A stretch of 64,000 nt of DNA from Lama guanicoe (GCA_013239625.1 MU053482.1:3991922-4055921), one strand, 5' to 3'. Shown: positions 24,966-37,420, counted from the first letter of the stretch. The notes: generated from the sequence alone by a model not told the origin. A program made the numbers and translations.

Positions 24966-25587
24966 TTCACTCAGATTTGCTTGGCTGCGTCTGCCTCCTG
25001 GCATCCCTCTGCTCATGTTTCTGGGGATTCTGGGCAAAGAGGGTGTGGTGGAGTATAGAGCTCACATTCTCCTGCTGCTTCTGGTTCTAAAGCCCTGCCC
25101 TGAGCTCCATCTGTGTTCCTGCTCACTACCTTCCTTCACTCCTGCCAGCTCCAGATTTTTCGGTTCACTTCATTCCAGCCAAGAGCTGGCTCCCCCTCTT
25201 CATTTGCCACTGGACAGTTAACACAGTCTATTGTATAATGACTTGTATTAAAGGATTTGGGTAAAATGGGATTTCGACATAGCAAAAGGAATATTAGTCA
25301 CCATTATTCTTTCCTCAAGGACTTTTCACTGCCTCTCTCTGCTTCATGCAAGTGCCTCCCACCAGATTGCTTGGCCCTGCTCTCTCTCCCCAAGTTCTTC
25401 TCCCACTTCCTCTCTCTTAATTGTCCCTTGTGCCCCCAGACTCCTTTCTCCTGAGTTGCCAAGGGACTACTTAAGAGTTTCTATTACTTGTTTTATGCCA
25501 GGTAATTGAATGTCTTTTTTCTCTCTGTCTCTTACACACAGGATAGCACAAGGACGTTTCTTTTACAGCCAAAAGGCCAGGAGTTTT

Positions 25588-26176
25588 CTTTTTTTTTTCC
25601 CTTTAAAAAAAATTTTTATTGAAGTCTAGCTGATTTACAATGTTGTGTTATTTTCAGACATACAGCAAAGCGATTCAGTTGTACACACATATATGTATTC
25701 TTTTTCAGATTCTTTTCCATTGTAGGTTATTACAAGATAATGAATATAGTTCCCTGTGCTGTAGGTCCTTGTTGTTTATCTATTTTGTGTATAGTAGTGT
25801 GTATATGTTAATCCCAAATGCCTCTAATTTATCCCTCTCTCTCATCCCTTTTCCCTTTGGTAACCATAGTTTGTTTCTGTGTCTGTGAAACTGTTTTCAG
25901 TTTGTAAAAATTTTCATTTGTATCCTTTTTTTAGATTCCACATATAAGTGATATCATATGATATTTGTCTTTGACTTACTTCACTTAATATGATAATCTC
26001 TAGATTCATCCATGTTGCTGCAAGTGGCATTATTTAATTCTTTTTTATATGTACCATGACTTCTTTATCCAGTCATCTGTTGATGGACATTTAGTTTGCT
26101 TCCATGTCTTGGCTATTGTAAATAGTGCTGCTATGAACATTGGGATGCCTTTTCGAGTTAGAGTTTTCTCTGGATA
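25588..26176 (-). mobile_element. 5'-truncated L1 3' end (same broad family as the 8.1-kb and 19-kb copies)
   Basis: T-rich tail, then ttttattgaagtctagctgatttacaatgttgtgtta...atccagtcatctgttgatggacatttag; degenerate TSD aggccaggagttt / aagccagtacttt. Confidence 0.92.
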
Positions 26177-28413
26177 AGCCAGTACTTTGGGGATGACTTT
26201 GCCATCCTTCTAGAAGACAGAAATAGTTTGATTTGATTTGATTTGATTGTATTTTATCCTTCCCCTGAAATAAAAATGTTTTAATGTTTTTTGAACTAGA
26301 TTAAGGAGGTAGGGGTTCTGTGCAAACCCTTAAATATGTCTTTAGAGTCAATTTTTAGCAGTGAAAGTCTAGCTCAGGAAATAGGAAGAATTTCAAGGCT
26401 TCTGACATATTCTGCCAAGTTGCATGCAGAAAGGAGGAGCCATCCCACTCTCCCATCAGCACTACTATGTGAGGGTCTGTTTTCCCCCACCCTGGCCAGC
26501 TTTGGATCATATAATTTAAGAGGTGGAAAGAATTAGCTATTCTGATGGATCAAAGTCACACCTGCATGTTGATGTAATTCCAGCAGAGCCCAGGAAAGCA
26601 GGAGCCCTCGGTGGAAACCCCCCATGTCACCTATTTGACACCCATCTTCCAAATGGAATCTTAAGTTCTGTGCAGCCATTTATCAAAGGGTTTCCAAATG
26701 CCACTTTCTAATTTGCATCAGACCTTTTCTACATATTAATGTGGTCCTCTAACTAATGTATATACTTTTGCTGTTCTACCTAAATTTGCATTTGAAACTC
26801 TAATGAGGCTGCAGGGTGAGCCAGCTCCCTGGGGGAAAACAATTCAGTGGCTTCCCCTTGTGGTCCATGAGGATGACCTCAAAGAGTCACAGAAAAGTCA
26901 GAATCAACTCAGGCAACCCACTCTCCATCTCCATCATTTCTGCTGCTCAGCTTTGACTCCAGCCCAGCTCAACTCCTGCATCCTTTTGCTCTGGGCAATG
27001 CCTTCTCCAGTTTGTATGTTTCTTCTTGATGATGAACTGGCTATTAGAGGGGCTCTTTGATGCCCTGCTTTGCCTGGGGGCTCTGTCAGTGGAGGAGGGT
27101 GGCTCAGTTCCCAGAACTCAGTGACTCAGGGCAAGGAGAGCAAGACAGCCAAACCAAGTCTGAGTTCTTTGGGAAAGCTTTTCTGAAAGTCTGACAGCTG
27201 TGCTGCATTGTCCCAGGCTGAGATGGATGTCTTTGAGCATCACTGTCCTGGGCAGGGCCTCAGACTATGAGCCCATGGTGTCCGCACTCTAGAGCAAGCT
27301 TCTGGAGTGTTTACTGCTACCCATTCTGTCACCCTGTGCTCTGAACCTCCCCTTCCCTGGCCTGAACTTGAAGACAAGATGCGGCTCCTGGTTGGACCTT
27401 GGGGGCTTGCTTGGAGGTTTTGGAGGGGAGGGGAGCATTCGGCTCCATGTGAACTGCAGCCCAGTGTGATGGCTTGGCCTTTCTAGCTGGGCATGGGGGT
27501 TAGTGTCAGCGTTACCTCTGGTCCTTTAACCCAGCCTCCCCTCACCCCGGGTTGTGCACTGAGGTCCCACCATCCGTCAGAGGGGACAAAGCCCCGCCAG
27601 GACAATAGCAGCAGGGCAGGTACCCTGAACTCACCTTGTTTCTTCCCCAAACTCTGTTTTTGCCTCTTTCTGAATTTTTGGCTGCACACCTCAATTTTGA
27701 TTTTGTATCTTGAGACTTAGAACTTGGTGTCCTTGCTTTGTCTTCCAGGCATCTGGATCTCAGCTTTCTCTGGGGCTCTCCTATGCATCTGCATCTCTGC
27801 TTTTCAGGCTCCAAGATGCTGCAAGTCAGAATGGCTGCCTAGGTTTAGTCCTGGCCCTTGATGTAGGTCCCTCAGTCAGGGCCCTGCAGGGCCAGTGTTG
27901 GGCTCTCCTTTCTGTGCCTGGGTGCTTATTAGGAGCACTGTGGATAGGAGAAACAAAGGGAGCCCCGGAGCTCTGGGTAGAGAAGCTGAGCCCAGCCTGG
28001 AGACAGTAGGTGATAGCTAGCTGGCCCTTGTACCCATCTTTTCAACTGTACAGTTAATTGGTGAAGACAGGGCCGGATGCATACATCCTCCTCCCTGGCA
28101 CATGCCTGTCAGACCACATACCTCCCTACAGGTACCATGGGAGTCTTGAGGATTGCTTGACTTTGGCCCCGGCCCTACTCAACGGTTAGGTCTGCTGTCA
28201 AGACCCTGAACCCGCTCTGACTGGGGCCAGGAGGGCATTCAGAGCCTCAGCCACGCCCTCAAGTCAAGGGAGGTTTCTGAGCCTCTCTTATCAGTGTGTG
28301 GCTCCTGGGGAGAGACTGTGGCTCCTTGCCTCGGACCCAGGACCGGCCTCTGCCCGTGGCCACCAGCCTGCTGGCGTTTTCTAGTCGGCCCTCAGTCCTA
28401 CTGGGATTGAGCC

Positions 28414-28858
28414 TGTGTCAGTTTGCTGGGGCTAACATAACAACTTACTACAACCTGGCTGGCTTAAACCAGTAGAAATGTGTTTTCTTCCAATTCTGGA
28501 GGCCAGAAGCCCAAAATTAAGACGTTGGCAGGGCTGGTTCCTCCTGGAGGCTCTGAGGCAATGTCTCCTCCCAGCTTCTGGGAGCTGTGAGGCATCCTCT
28601 GTGTTCCCTGGCGTGTAGACAACATTGTAACGTAATGTCATGTCGACGCACCACAAGCTTTCTTCTAATTTATCTTCTGTTGAGATACAGTTCACATATC
28701 ATAAAATCATCCCTTTAAAGTGAATATCCAGTGGATTTTAGTATATTCATCAGGCTGTGCCACCATCACCAACCACTATCCTTGTGTTTATCTTCCTGCC
28801 TCTTCTCTTCCAAGGACACTGGTCACGGGATTTAGGGCCCACCCAGGTAATTCAGAAC
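28414..28858 (-). mobile_element. MLT1C/D LTR (3' part) carrying a foreign 145-bp insert at 28633-28778
   Basis: ggctaacataacaac...ggcttaaacc...ttctggaggccagaagcccaaaatt...ggcagggctggttcctcctggaggctctgagg; resumes caaggacactggtcacgggatttagggcccaccc. Confidence 0.85.
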
Positions 28859-30984
28859 CCTCCCTGAACTCCAGGCAGCACGGCTGGCTCCTCACCCCTC
28901 TCTAGCTTCTCCAGACGCTGGTCTCATCCCCAGGACTCCCGGACACGTGCTGACTGTCTTCCAGGACACGTGCTGCCCAGCCTCTGACCCCGGGTTACCT
29001 TGTTTAGCTCCCAGCATCACTCATGTCTGAGCTCCCTCTGCAAGGCCTTCTCCCTACTTGTTGATCGAATCCTTCCTTCCACTCAGAATGTCAGAAGTCA
29101 CCCCGAGTTCACTGTGCCCCATGAGACACAGAATAGTGGATTCTGGACTCTGGCCAAGCCAGGATGGGGGCAGTGGCTCAGGGGAAAGGGCAGGGGCTTT
29201 GGTGAGAGACACATCTTCATTCTTGGCTCTGACGGTCACCCCCTATGTTAGGTTCACTCAACATTTCTGAGCTCCATTCTCCTTGAGTGTAGATGGTGTG
29301 GGCCATGACGTGGTGGTTGTGAGAGAGATGAGGGAGTGTGGGTGAGGGGCTAGGGCACCAGCAATGGTACAGGATTGTCTTGCTCACCTCCTATGGTAAG
29401 ATCGTTGTTACTATGGAGACAAGGGGCAGCAACTCCACAATATAAAATACCGTCATGTGGTAACACAGCAGTTATACGTAGGAGGAAAAGCTGCCTCTCC
29501 CTCTCCCGGTATGAAATAAGATGGACCTAAAGACCCATGAGCCAGGACCCTGGGGACCACGGGAGAGAGAAGAGGGAGAGAAGGGACCTCAACGCAGACC
29601 GAGATCTGAGACAGATTTTGTACAAAGTGTCCACTCTTGTCATAGGCTGCACCTGAAGAACTTTCTAGAATGTATAGGCATAATTAAGGGGTTGCAGACA
29701 GTAAGTGGTCAATAAATGTCAGTTCCTTCTCCTGTTTTCTTCTCTTGAAGAAGCACTGGAGCACTTCTCCAGTGCTCTCAGTCCTAGCTTCTTCCCTTGC
29801 ACACCAAACCACCACTAAGTCAAAGCTTGCCTCTTGACCCCATGATAGCACACAGATCTAACACTTCCATCATTTGCCATGTTCTTCCTGTGAGTATGTT
29901 AATCCCGGGCCTGGGTGCCAAACTCAAAGCCGCAGTAAGGATTGTGGCAGAAAGTGTGGTTAATGGAGTCACCATTCAGAGCCGAGCTGATAATTGCCAG
30001 TGGGCTGGGGGAGAGGGTGGGATGGGAGATGGGTGTAGGGGTGGGGGAGCTGTTTAAGTATAATCATTGCTCAGTTTAATCAAGGTGGAGTCTACCCTTG
30101 ATTCTGAGTATCACACGGGGCAGATTTTCCGTCTTCTCAAATTCAAAGCAAAATTCAGGTCTAAGGAGTCTTATCGTTTCCTGACAGTGGTGTGTTTAGT
30201 TTAAACAATTCCCAGTTGACAATGAATATGCAAACAGATGTTAATTAAGGCCTTTGCTCATCTTCCTACCTCATTTCGAGTACTCAGGGTATTCAGCCAC
30301 ATCTGGTAGGGTTACTATAGCCCTTCCGTGCACCCACGGCCCTGTTCCCAGGTTGCCCTCTGCAACCTCTAAAATTATTCAAGGCTTGAATCACGTAGAC
30401 CTGAGCCCAGGTCAGCCTTTCCCCACTAGTGAGAGCGCACGCACTCACACAGCCTGTGATTAATTAATCGAGTTCTGCTGAGGGCCTTTTGGTAGATGGA
30501 TGGGGGAGAGCGTATAGCCCTTTACACACGCTTGATTAAGCTGGATGAAACACTGGACTCCCTGGCAACCGGCTGAGCCTGAAAGCCGAACTTGTGGCAT
30601 ATTTGCACAATGTGCTCTGTGCTTGCGCTTTTGAAACGAGGTCCATCTCTCTGGGGGATGCCTTGTATGTCTTGCATTTGATGCACTGTCTCTTGGCACA
30701 GTCAGATTAGGGGAGATCTCAGAGGAGTGGGGCTCTCCAGACTTCTCCCTATAGATGAGCTGTGACTCTGCTATTCAGGGAGCTTGGCCAGCTGCTGCCG
30801 AGCAAGGGATATAAGATGTACGTGCAGTTGCGGCATGAGATGTGATATTTGAAATATTTGGTGTAGGAAGAGCATAGGCTCCAACCAACCAGAACAAACA
30901 ACAGCCCTAAGTAGCAGACAGTGCTGTTCCAGTGGGCACTCAGCTGAGAATCAGCCATGGAAAAAGTTATAGTTTACAACAAAT

Positions 30985-31115
30985 TTCTCCATTTGATCAT
31001 AGCCACAACACTGTGAGATGGGTTAAGATACTTTCCTAATGATGGAGATGGGGAAACCCAGATTCAGAGAGGTTACGTGTCTCCCCCAAGGCCACACAGC
31101 TAATGCCATAGTTGG
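30985..31115 (-). mobile_element. MIR fragment
   Basis: cacaacactgtgagatggg...gatggggaaacccagattcagagaggttacgtgtctcccccaaggccacacagctaa. Confidence 0.75.
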
Positions 31116-33035
31116 AGGCCAAGTTATGTTGTTCTTTCCACCACATCACTTGGCTTGTGCCTGTGCAGATGCTGAGGCTCTCCCAGGCCCAGGAAGATCA
31201 ATAGAAAACCTCCCAGCCTCATGGCTGGTCTCCCAACTGGTAAGCCCAGGGCAAAGGTGAGAGTGAGGGCAGGAGAGGGGCAGGTGGCCAAGCTCTGGGG
31301 TTTGTGGTCAATCAGGGTGGAGCCAAGAGCCAAGTGTGTGTCCTCTGCTTGCAAAGCCCTATGATGCCACCAGGGGTAGAGTAAATGCGGAGAGGAACAC
31401 TCCTGGGGGATAAGGACACGGGGATTTGTTTTGGAAGGTGGTTGCAGGAAGCACAGGAGGATGTGAAGTTAGTTAGCTCTGGAAGGTGAAGAGCCATTGA
31501 AATGATTGGTAACAGGCAAGTCACCATCATGGGCAGCCAGGCTCAGTCCCCAGGACCTTCTGAAAACCACAGGACTCTTGCCTCAGAATTGTACCCATGG
31601 AGGACAGGGAGGAGGGGACACTTGCCCCCCAACTGCTATCCCCTGGCTCCAGGCATTCACTTCCCTGCACATCATGCGTGGTTCTGGCCACTCAGAGAAA
31701 CCAACAAGATGGAAAAGAGAGGTGCTGAGAACTGTCTTCACAACCGCAGGTGAACTCAGGTGGGCCAAAGGGATATTGGACAGGACATCGAAGCATCTGC
31801 TCCACCCACGGATCCCAAAGGATGCCAGGAAACTGGAAACCAGCTTTTGCCATCGTGGTTTTCTCCACATAAGGGAAGAGGGCCTGGATGTTCCGGGCTG
31901 TTGTGTTCTCCCAGGACTTTCTGGGAAACTCAGGGAATGTGCGCCACCCCTCTCCAGCAGCAGAAGGTCAGTGTCTGAACTTCCTGCTCCCCATAGTTTG
32001 ACTGATTTTCAGTCTCTGGAGCATCTGAGGTTGGGGGGAGACTTGCTTATGGCTCTGGTGGAAAATACCATCCCCACCAAGACTGCCAGTCTCCCCTTCT
32101 CCAAGGCCCCTACCCTCACACCAATCTGTAGCTGGCACCTTCGCCCTGCTGGAGGGCCTGGTGGGGACACGTGACAGATATAGAACATTTTAATTTTGGA
32201 AGCCATTGATCTAGAGCAGGTTAACAAATGACACCTGTCATTTGAAATGTTGTTTGCCATTCATCTTGTCTTATCTGAGCACCAACTGCATCAGATAGGA
32301 CCTATGCCAGTTTTTAGGAACAGATTGCTTGCAGGTCCCCCCTCACCCCAGAGCCAAGAGGAATTGACCCTCCAGCCTGTTAATAACAAAGGCAGTGTCT
32401 CTGAGGATGGCTCAGGGGCCAAGGATAGGAGAAAGTGGGAGGAAATTGCCTGGGAGTGGCTAAGAAAAAGGTCTCTTCATCTCCACCATAAAGGATAGCC
32501 TTCTGGTAGATTTCAGTGGTGAGCAGGCGAGAGACTGGACTGTTACCTGCTTCCAGAACTCAACAGACAGCTTCATGTATGTAGAAAGCACTGAGCCAAG
32601 GGTTCACCATAGAAGCCTGGACTTGTCCCCATCTAGTGATGTGAACCTGGGCAGGTAGTTTGCCCTCTCTCTTCTCTCATGACACATTTATAAACACAAA
32701 CATGGAAGTCTCTGCCCTGCTCTGTTTCATGAGGCTGCTCAAGAGTTGAAGCAGGATGACACTAAGAAAAGGAGAAGGAACCATGAAGATGCACTTTGTG
32801 TATAAATCAATATGGATGAGTCAAAGTGAAGACAACTGGTGTAGGATGGATGAGGCTGGGCAGAGTGACTCACCTACAGCTCTGACACAGAATGGGGGAT
32901 GTTGCCCCCTCTGAACAAAGAGAGGATACGCCAGCAGAAGGGTTGGGGTCCAGCACAGAAACCAGGCTTCAGAGGGGCAGATTGTCTATCCCTGGCTCTG
33001 CTTTAGAGACAGGTCTTTTGCTTTGGAGGTGAGAG

Positions 33036-33548
33036 TGTTACGGAAATGACAGGCCAGCCAAGAAACAAGCACCACTTGGAGGGTTGGAGTACTCAGATTT
33101 ATTACGCCAGCGGGCTCAGAGGGGCTTCTGCTCCAAAGCTCTGAGCACCTCCAAGACATGCACATGAGGTTTTATAGGGTTAATTACAAGTATGGGGCTA
33201 TTAGCCAATAAGGTTCAAACAACAAAAAGCAAGGAATCAGTACACTGGAGCTTATCAATTTGGAACAGATCACGTTACTGACACTTGTTGAGCTTGGATT
33301 TATGAGTTAGCTTGTTAGCCCAGTAAACTGACACTAAACTTTAGATTTACAAGTTAGCCCGGCAGAACTTATATCAGTAAACCGACATTTACCACACTTA
33401 GATTCGCGACTGAGCTCGTTAGCCCAATAGACTGACGCTAAACTTCAGATTTATGAGTTAGCCCAGCAGAACTCAGATCAGTAATCTGACACTTGTTGCA
33501 CTTAGATTTGTAACTTAGCTGTTAGCCTAGCTGGGCTTTTCCTTCACA
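33036..33548 (-). mobile_element. Young ERV1-type solo LTR (513 bp) with U3 tandem repeats
   Basis: TG...CA termini; 4-bp TSD AGAG (33032-33035 / 33549-33552); minus-strand TATAAA (33171-33176) then AATAAA (33098-33103); CCAAT near 33205; 104-bp repeats. Confidence 0.88.
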
Positions 33549-33689
33549 AGAGCAGTTCCTAGATCTTAGTAGGAATAATCCTCCCCTCTTCCTGATATTC
33601 CTCTTGCCTTATTCAGACACACCAAGCAAGCTTCTGCAGACTGTTTTGGCGTCTTCAGTGCTACAAAGGAGGATCTTGGTGGAGTGGAC

Positions 33690-34232
33690 ATCAGCTGGAT
33701 TTGCTGCCTAACATCGTGGAATCCATATCCTATTTTCCTCTTTATTGTCTGCTCTCAGCCCTTGGGTTTTGGCTGATGCTCCAACTCTTGGTGTAAGGAT
33801 GAAACATACCTAGATCCCTAGGTGATCTAGGCTCCAGGCAATCAGAATATAACTTTCCCCTCCTAGACAGAGAGATTAGTTCAGGGGTGGTTACATGACC
33901 TAATTAGAACCTAAGTGATACAATGAAATGCTTCCTGGGGCTTCCAGAAGAGACTCTTTCACTCTTGCCAGCTAGACTTGAAGCTGAGAGGATGCGGTCC
34001 TGAGGGCAGGAAGCAATCTTGCCACCATGTGGAGCCTAAGATGGAAGTCAACTTGGTAGAAGATGGAACCTAGAAAAGGAAAAGAAATGAATTCCAATGA
34101 TACCATTTAAGCTGTGAATCCTGCTGTGCCTGAAGCTGACCGTGGGGCCTTCAGCTATGAAAGCCAACAAATTCCTTCTGTGCTTAAGTCATTTTGAGTA
34201 AGGATTTCTGTCTCTTACAACTGAAAGAGCAT
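33690..34232 (+). mobile_element. MLT1K/L-type MaLR LTR
   Basis: gattagttcaggggtggttacatgacc...aatcttgccaccatgtggag...ctgtgcctgaagctg...ttccttctgtgcttaagtcattttgagtaaggatttctgtctcttacaactgaaag. Confidence 0.75.
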
Positions 34233-35649
34233 CACGTGAAACACCTGGACAAGGGTAGCACCTTTATAAACAGTGAGGTTGGCTTTCTCATTTTGTACCA
34301 GTGTCTTTCGAGCCTGGGTTTTTGAGTTTGCCCTGAGAGACTGATGATTTGGGGTACACTGCAAAGGTCTACATCCTGCACTTGGATGACCGAGAACTTG
34401 GTGAGGGTGTAACCCACCAATGAAAGACCTTGCTTTGACCATCTCTGGCCCTGAGTGAGAACTCCGTGGTCACTGTGGATGGTACCTTATTGGTCCACCA
34501 GCATGGCACCGTGGACCTCCTTCCTTCATGATGAGGCTAAGACAACAGGTGCTAGGCCATATATCATTCATTCTTTTATTTTCAGCAATTAAGTGAACAA
34601 GGGAATGGTGAACATTAAGTCTAGTACAGTTGACAGAGGCAGGAGTAATATTCAAAATATTGCATTGAACAACACAGTATACCGCAGAAACTGGTACCTA
34701 AAAGTGTTCATGCAACGGTGTCTATGGGGTGTTCTGGGCCACGTTAGGGGCCTCAGATCAGTGCCAATGCCATCAGAGGCACCATCTCTCTCACCAAGGT
34801 TCTGGCCAGGAGACATGTGGGCAAGTGTTGGCTGGTGGATGGTGAACAACCATTGGAGGAGCAGAAATATTTCAATATTTTAACAGCTGGTCTGGCTTTA
34901 TTGGTACATATGGGCTGGCTGTATTTCAGATATTGATGGAAACCAGATTTTGAAGGGCTTTGCACACCAAGCTGAGGAATCTTGACTCTACCTTGAAGAC
35001 AATGGGGCACCAGTAGGGTCAGTAAGAAGGAGGCTGACATAATCAGATTTGTGATGCAGAAGCATGTCTGTAGTGACGGTTGACAGTGGTCCAGGCAAAA
35101 GATGAGGGTCCATGTTAGAACAATCTTCCCCTTTAGAAGCTACTGAGCTGAGTGGCTTGGAAGGACGTGGCTGTGTGATTCTGTGTATGGGTTAGTTGAG
35201 TCTATAAAACTTCACACCTTTTCTGATGGTGTGGGGTAAGAGCTGGCTGTTTTACTCAGTTCATTTCCTATTGTATTTAGGAAGTTCCTGAACACTCCCA
35301 AGAGATCTGCCCTTGCAAGATATCGCCCTCTATTCCTTAACATGATGCTCCACTGGGATTCTGAAAAGCTTCAATTCACAGATAGTCATCGGCGAGAATG
35401 CTGAGCTATTTAAGCTTTGACTATCTCTACTTGAAAGGGTCCAGATAAAGTTTTCTGAAGAATGCTCCTGCCTTCACTGCTGGAGGGGAGGGCACTTAGG
35501 CTCACAACCAACCACACTCCACCAGCAACCCCAAGAGAGTCCCTGAGTGTTCATGATTGGAAATGAGTGGGTCTTCGACCTCTGAGAAATTCACTCATCA
35601 AACATTTGCTGAGTCCTTACTGCACACAAGGCACTGCTGTAGCTCCCTT

Positions 35650-36308
35650 TGATACAGGGGAATGGAGCGCGAGAGGATGGCCATGTGCCTGGTCTCTGGT
35701 GAGTTCCTGGGATGCGCCCCACCAAGTGAGGGTCCTTGGCTTCACACAGGAAAGAATTCAAGAACAAGCCATAGCTGAGTAAAAGTAGATTTATTCAGAG
35801 AGCTACATACTCCATAGACAAAGTACAGGCCTTCTCAGAAGGCCAGAGAGTCCACGAGGTGTGGGGTGGTTAAAGTAAAAGTAGATACCCACTCCGTAGA
35901 CAGAGTGCGGCCCTTCTCAAAGGCAAGAGAAAGCCCTAGAAGATACACATTCCGCAGACAGAATGCGGCCCCTCTCAAAGGGCAAGAGAAAGGCCACAAG
36001 GTGCAGCATTGTTAGCTGTTATGGGCTCGGTAACTTCACATGCTAACAAGTGTGAGGATTATTCCAACTACTTTGCGGAAGGAACTAGGATTCCCAGGAG
36101 TTGGGCTGTCACCCACTTTTTGACCTTTTATGGTCAGCCCTGAAACTGTCCTGACGCCTGTAGGAATGCCATTTAGCATGCTGTTGTATTTCAGTGAGCG
36201 TATACTGAAGCTCAAGGTCCACTGGGAGTTGAATCCTCCACCATCGTGGTGCTCATTGCTGTGTCATTCTTTTATTGGTTGTGCCCTGGCCCCTTACCTC
36301 CTGTCTCA
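35650..36308 (-). mobile_element. MER41-like ERV1 solo LTR (659 bp), inserted next to an L2 tail
   Basis: TG...CA termini; 4-bp TSD CCTT (35646-35649 / 36309-36312); minus-strand AATAAA 35790-35795; gtccttggcttcacacaggaaagaattcaagaac and actccatagac are MER41-like; three internal repeats of about 50 bp. Confidence 0.85.
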
Positions 36309-37179
36309 CCTTCACACCAGCACATCACAGAACACTTCACCAGCCCATGGATGGACATGGTCTAGGCAAATCCAAAGCTGTATTTTATTTCCCCATCAGG
36401 CAAAGCCCACTCTACACTTGGGCAGTGCCTGGGGCCAGGTTCATCTAAAAGCTCCAGGAACTTCTCCCTTCCTGGTCCTTTCATTTCCCTAAGGTAATTC
36501 TTAGGCATCCAAAAATGATGGTTCTAAGAGGCCACAGGTCAAAGCAGGCATCGGGATGGTAGGTCACCCCTGCTATTCCTGAGCAGTGCACTTCCCCAGA
36601 GATCATCCTTGTTATGCCGTGACGTCTTCTGCAGAATTTGGAAAGAGTAGGACCCAAATCTGTAAGGACCCAAATCTGCCACTCAGCCCGGACTAGACTT
36701 TGGCCTTGGGGATGGTTTTGCAATTAAGCATGCGGTATGGTTCTCTGCTGATAATCTCCTTGCTACTGCTAGGAAGCAGATTCAAAGCTGCTTCTCACTG
36801 GAGAGCTTTATTTTTAATTCAAAACTGGGCTCTTAAAGGAGACAACTAACTCTTTTTGTACTGAACATTGAAAAACTACTATTGTAAAGGACAGCTTTTG
36901 AACCAACAAAGACGGAATCATTTCCTCACAGAGACTCTTGGGAGCCTGTCTGACTGGGTGTGGGGAAGGGGGCTGATGGGAAGGAATTGTTGAGGGTAGA
37001 GGGGGAAATAGAGGGGGTCCAAGGATTGAAGAAAGATGAGACAAACTCGGGAAGAATCCCAATTGTCTTAAGGGCCAGCCTTGTGGGCACAGAGAGATTG
37101 AGCAACTTCCCTGAGGGGACCCAGGGTTGCCAAGTAACCTAATGGGAGGAATCTGCTGGAATCCTGGATCAAGGGTAAT

Positions 37180-37420
37180 GCTAATAATAGCTATACATCC
37201 ATTGCATTGACTGTGTGCCAGGCACTATTCTATCTTTGCACTTGTTAATGCATTTCATCCTCACATCAGTGCTATGAAATAAACACATTACTATTAGTAG
37301 GATTTTCCAGATGAGGAAATTGAGGCAGAAGGAGGTTGAGTAATTTGCCCAAGTCACAGAGCTGGTGAATGGTGAAATGGGATTTGGAGCTGGGGAATCA
37401 GCTCCAGGGTCTATGCTGAG
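37180..37420 (-). mobile_element. MIR SINE, near full length
   Basis: ctgtgtgccaggcactattct...attttccagatgaggaaattgaggcag...ggttgagtaatttgcccaagtcacagagctggtgaatgg. Confidence 0.88.

Noticed and set aside
31506..32174. Longest ORF in the track (222 aa, +)
   Set aside because: Non-ATG start, no recognisable domain, composition typical of chance GC-rich ORFs, and no convincing splice boundaries.
33263..33528. Regularly spaced repeats that superficially resemble a CRISPR array
   Set aside because: The intervening sequence is itself repeated (104-bp tandem unit) and lies inside a eukaryotic LTR; there are no unique spacers or cas genes.
36649..36680. Short tandem duplication aggacccaaatctg (similar ones near 2445 and 16090)
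   Set aside because: Ordinary replication-slippage duplications with no further structure.
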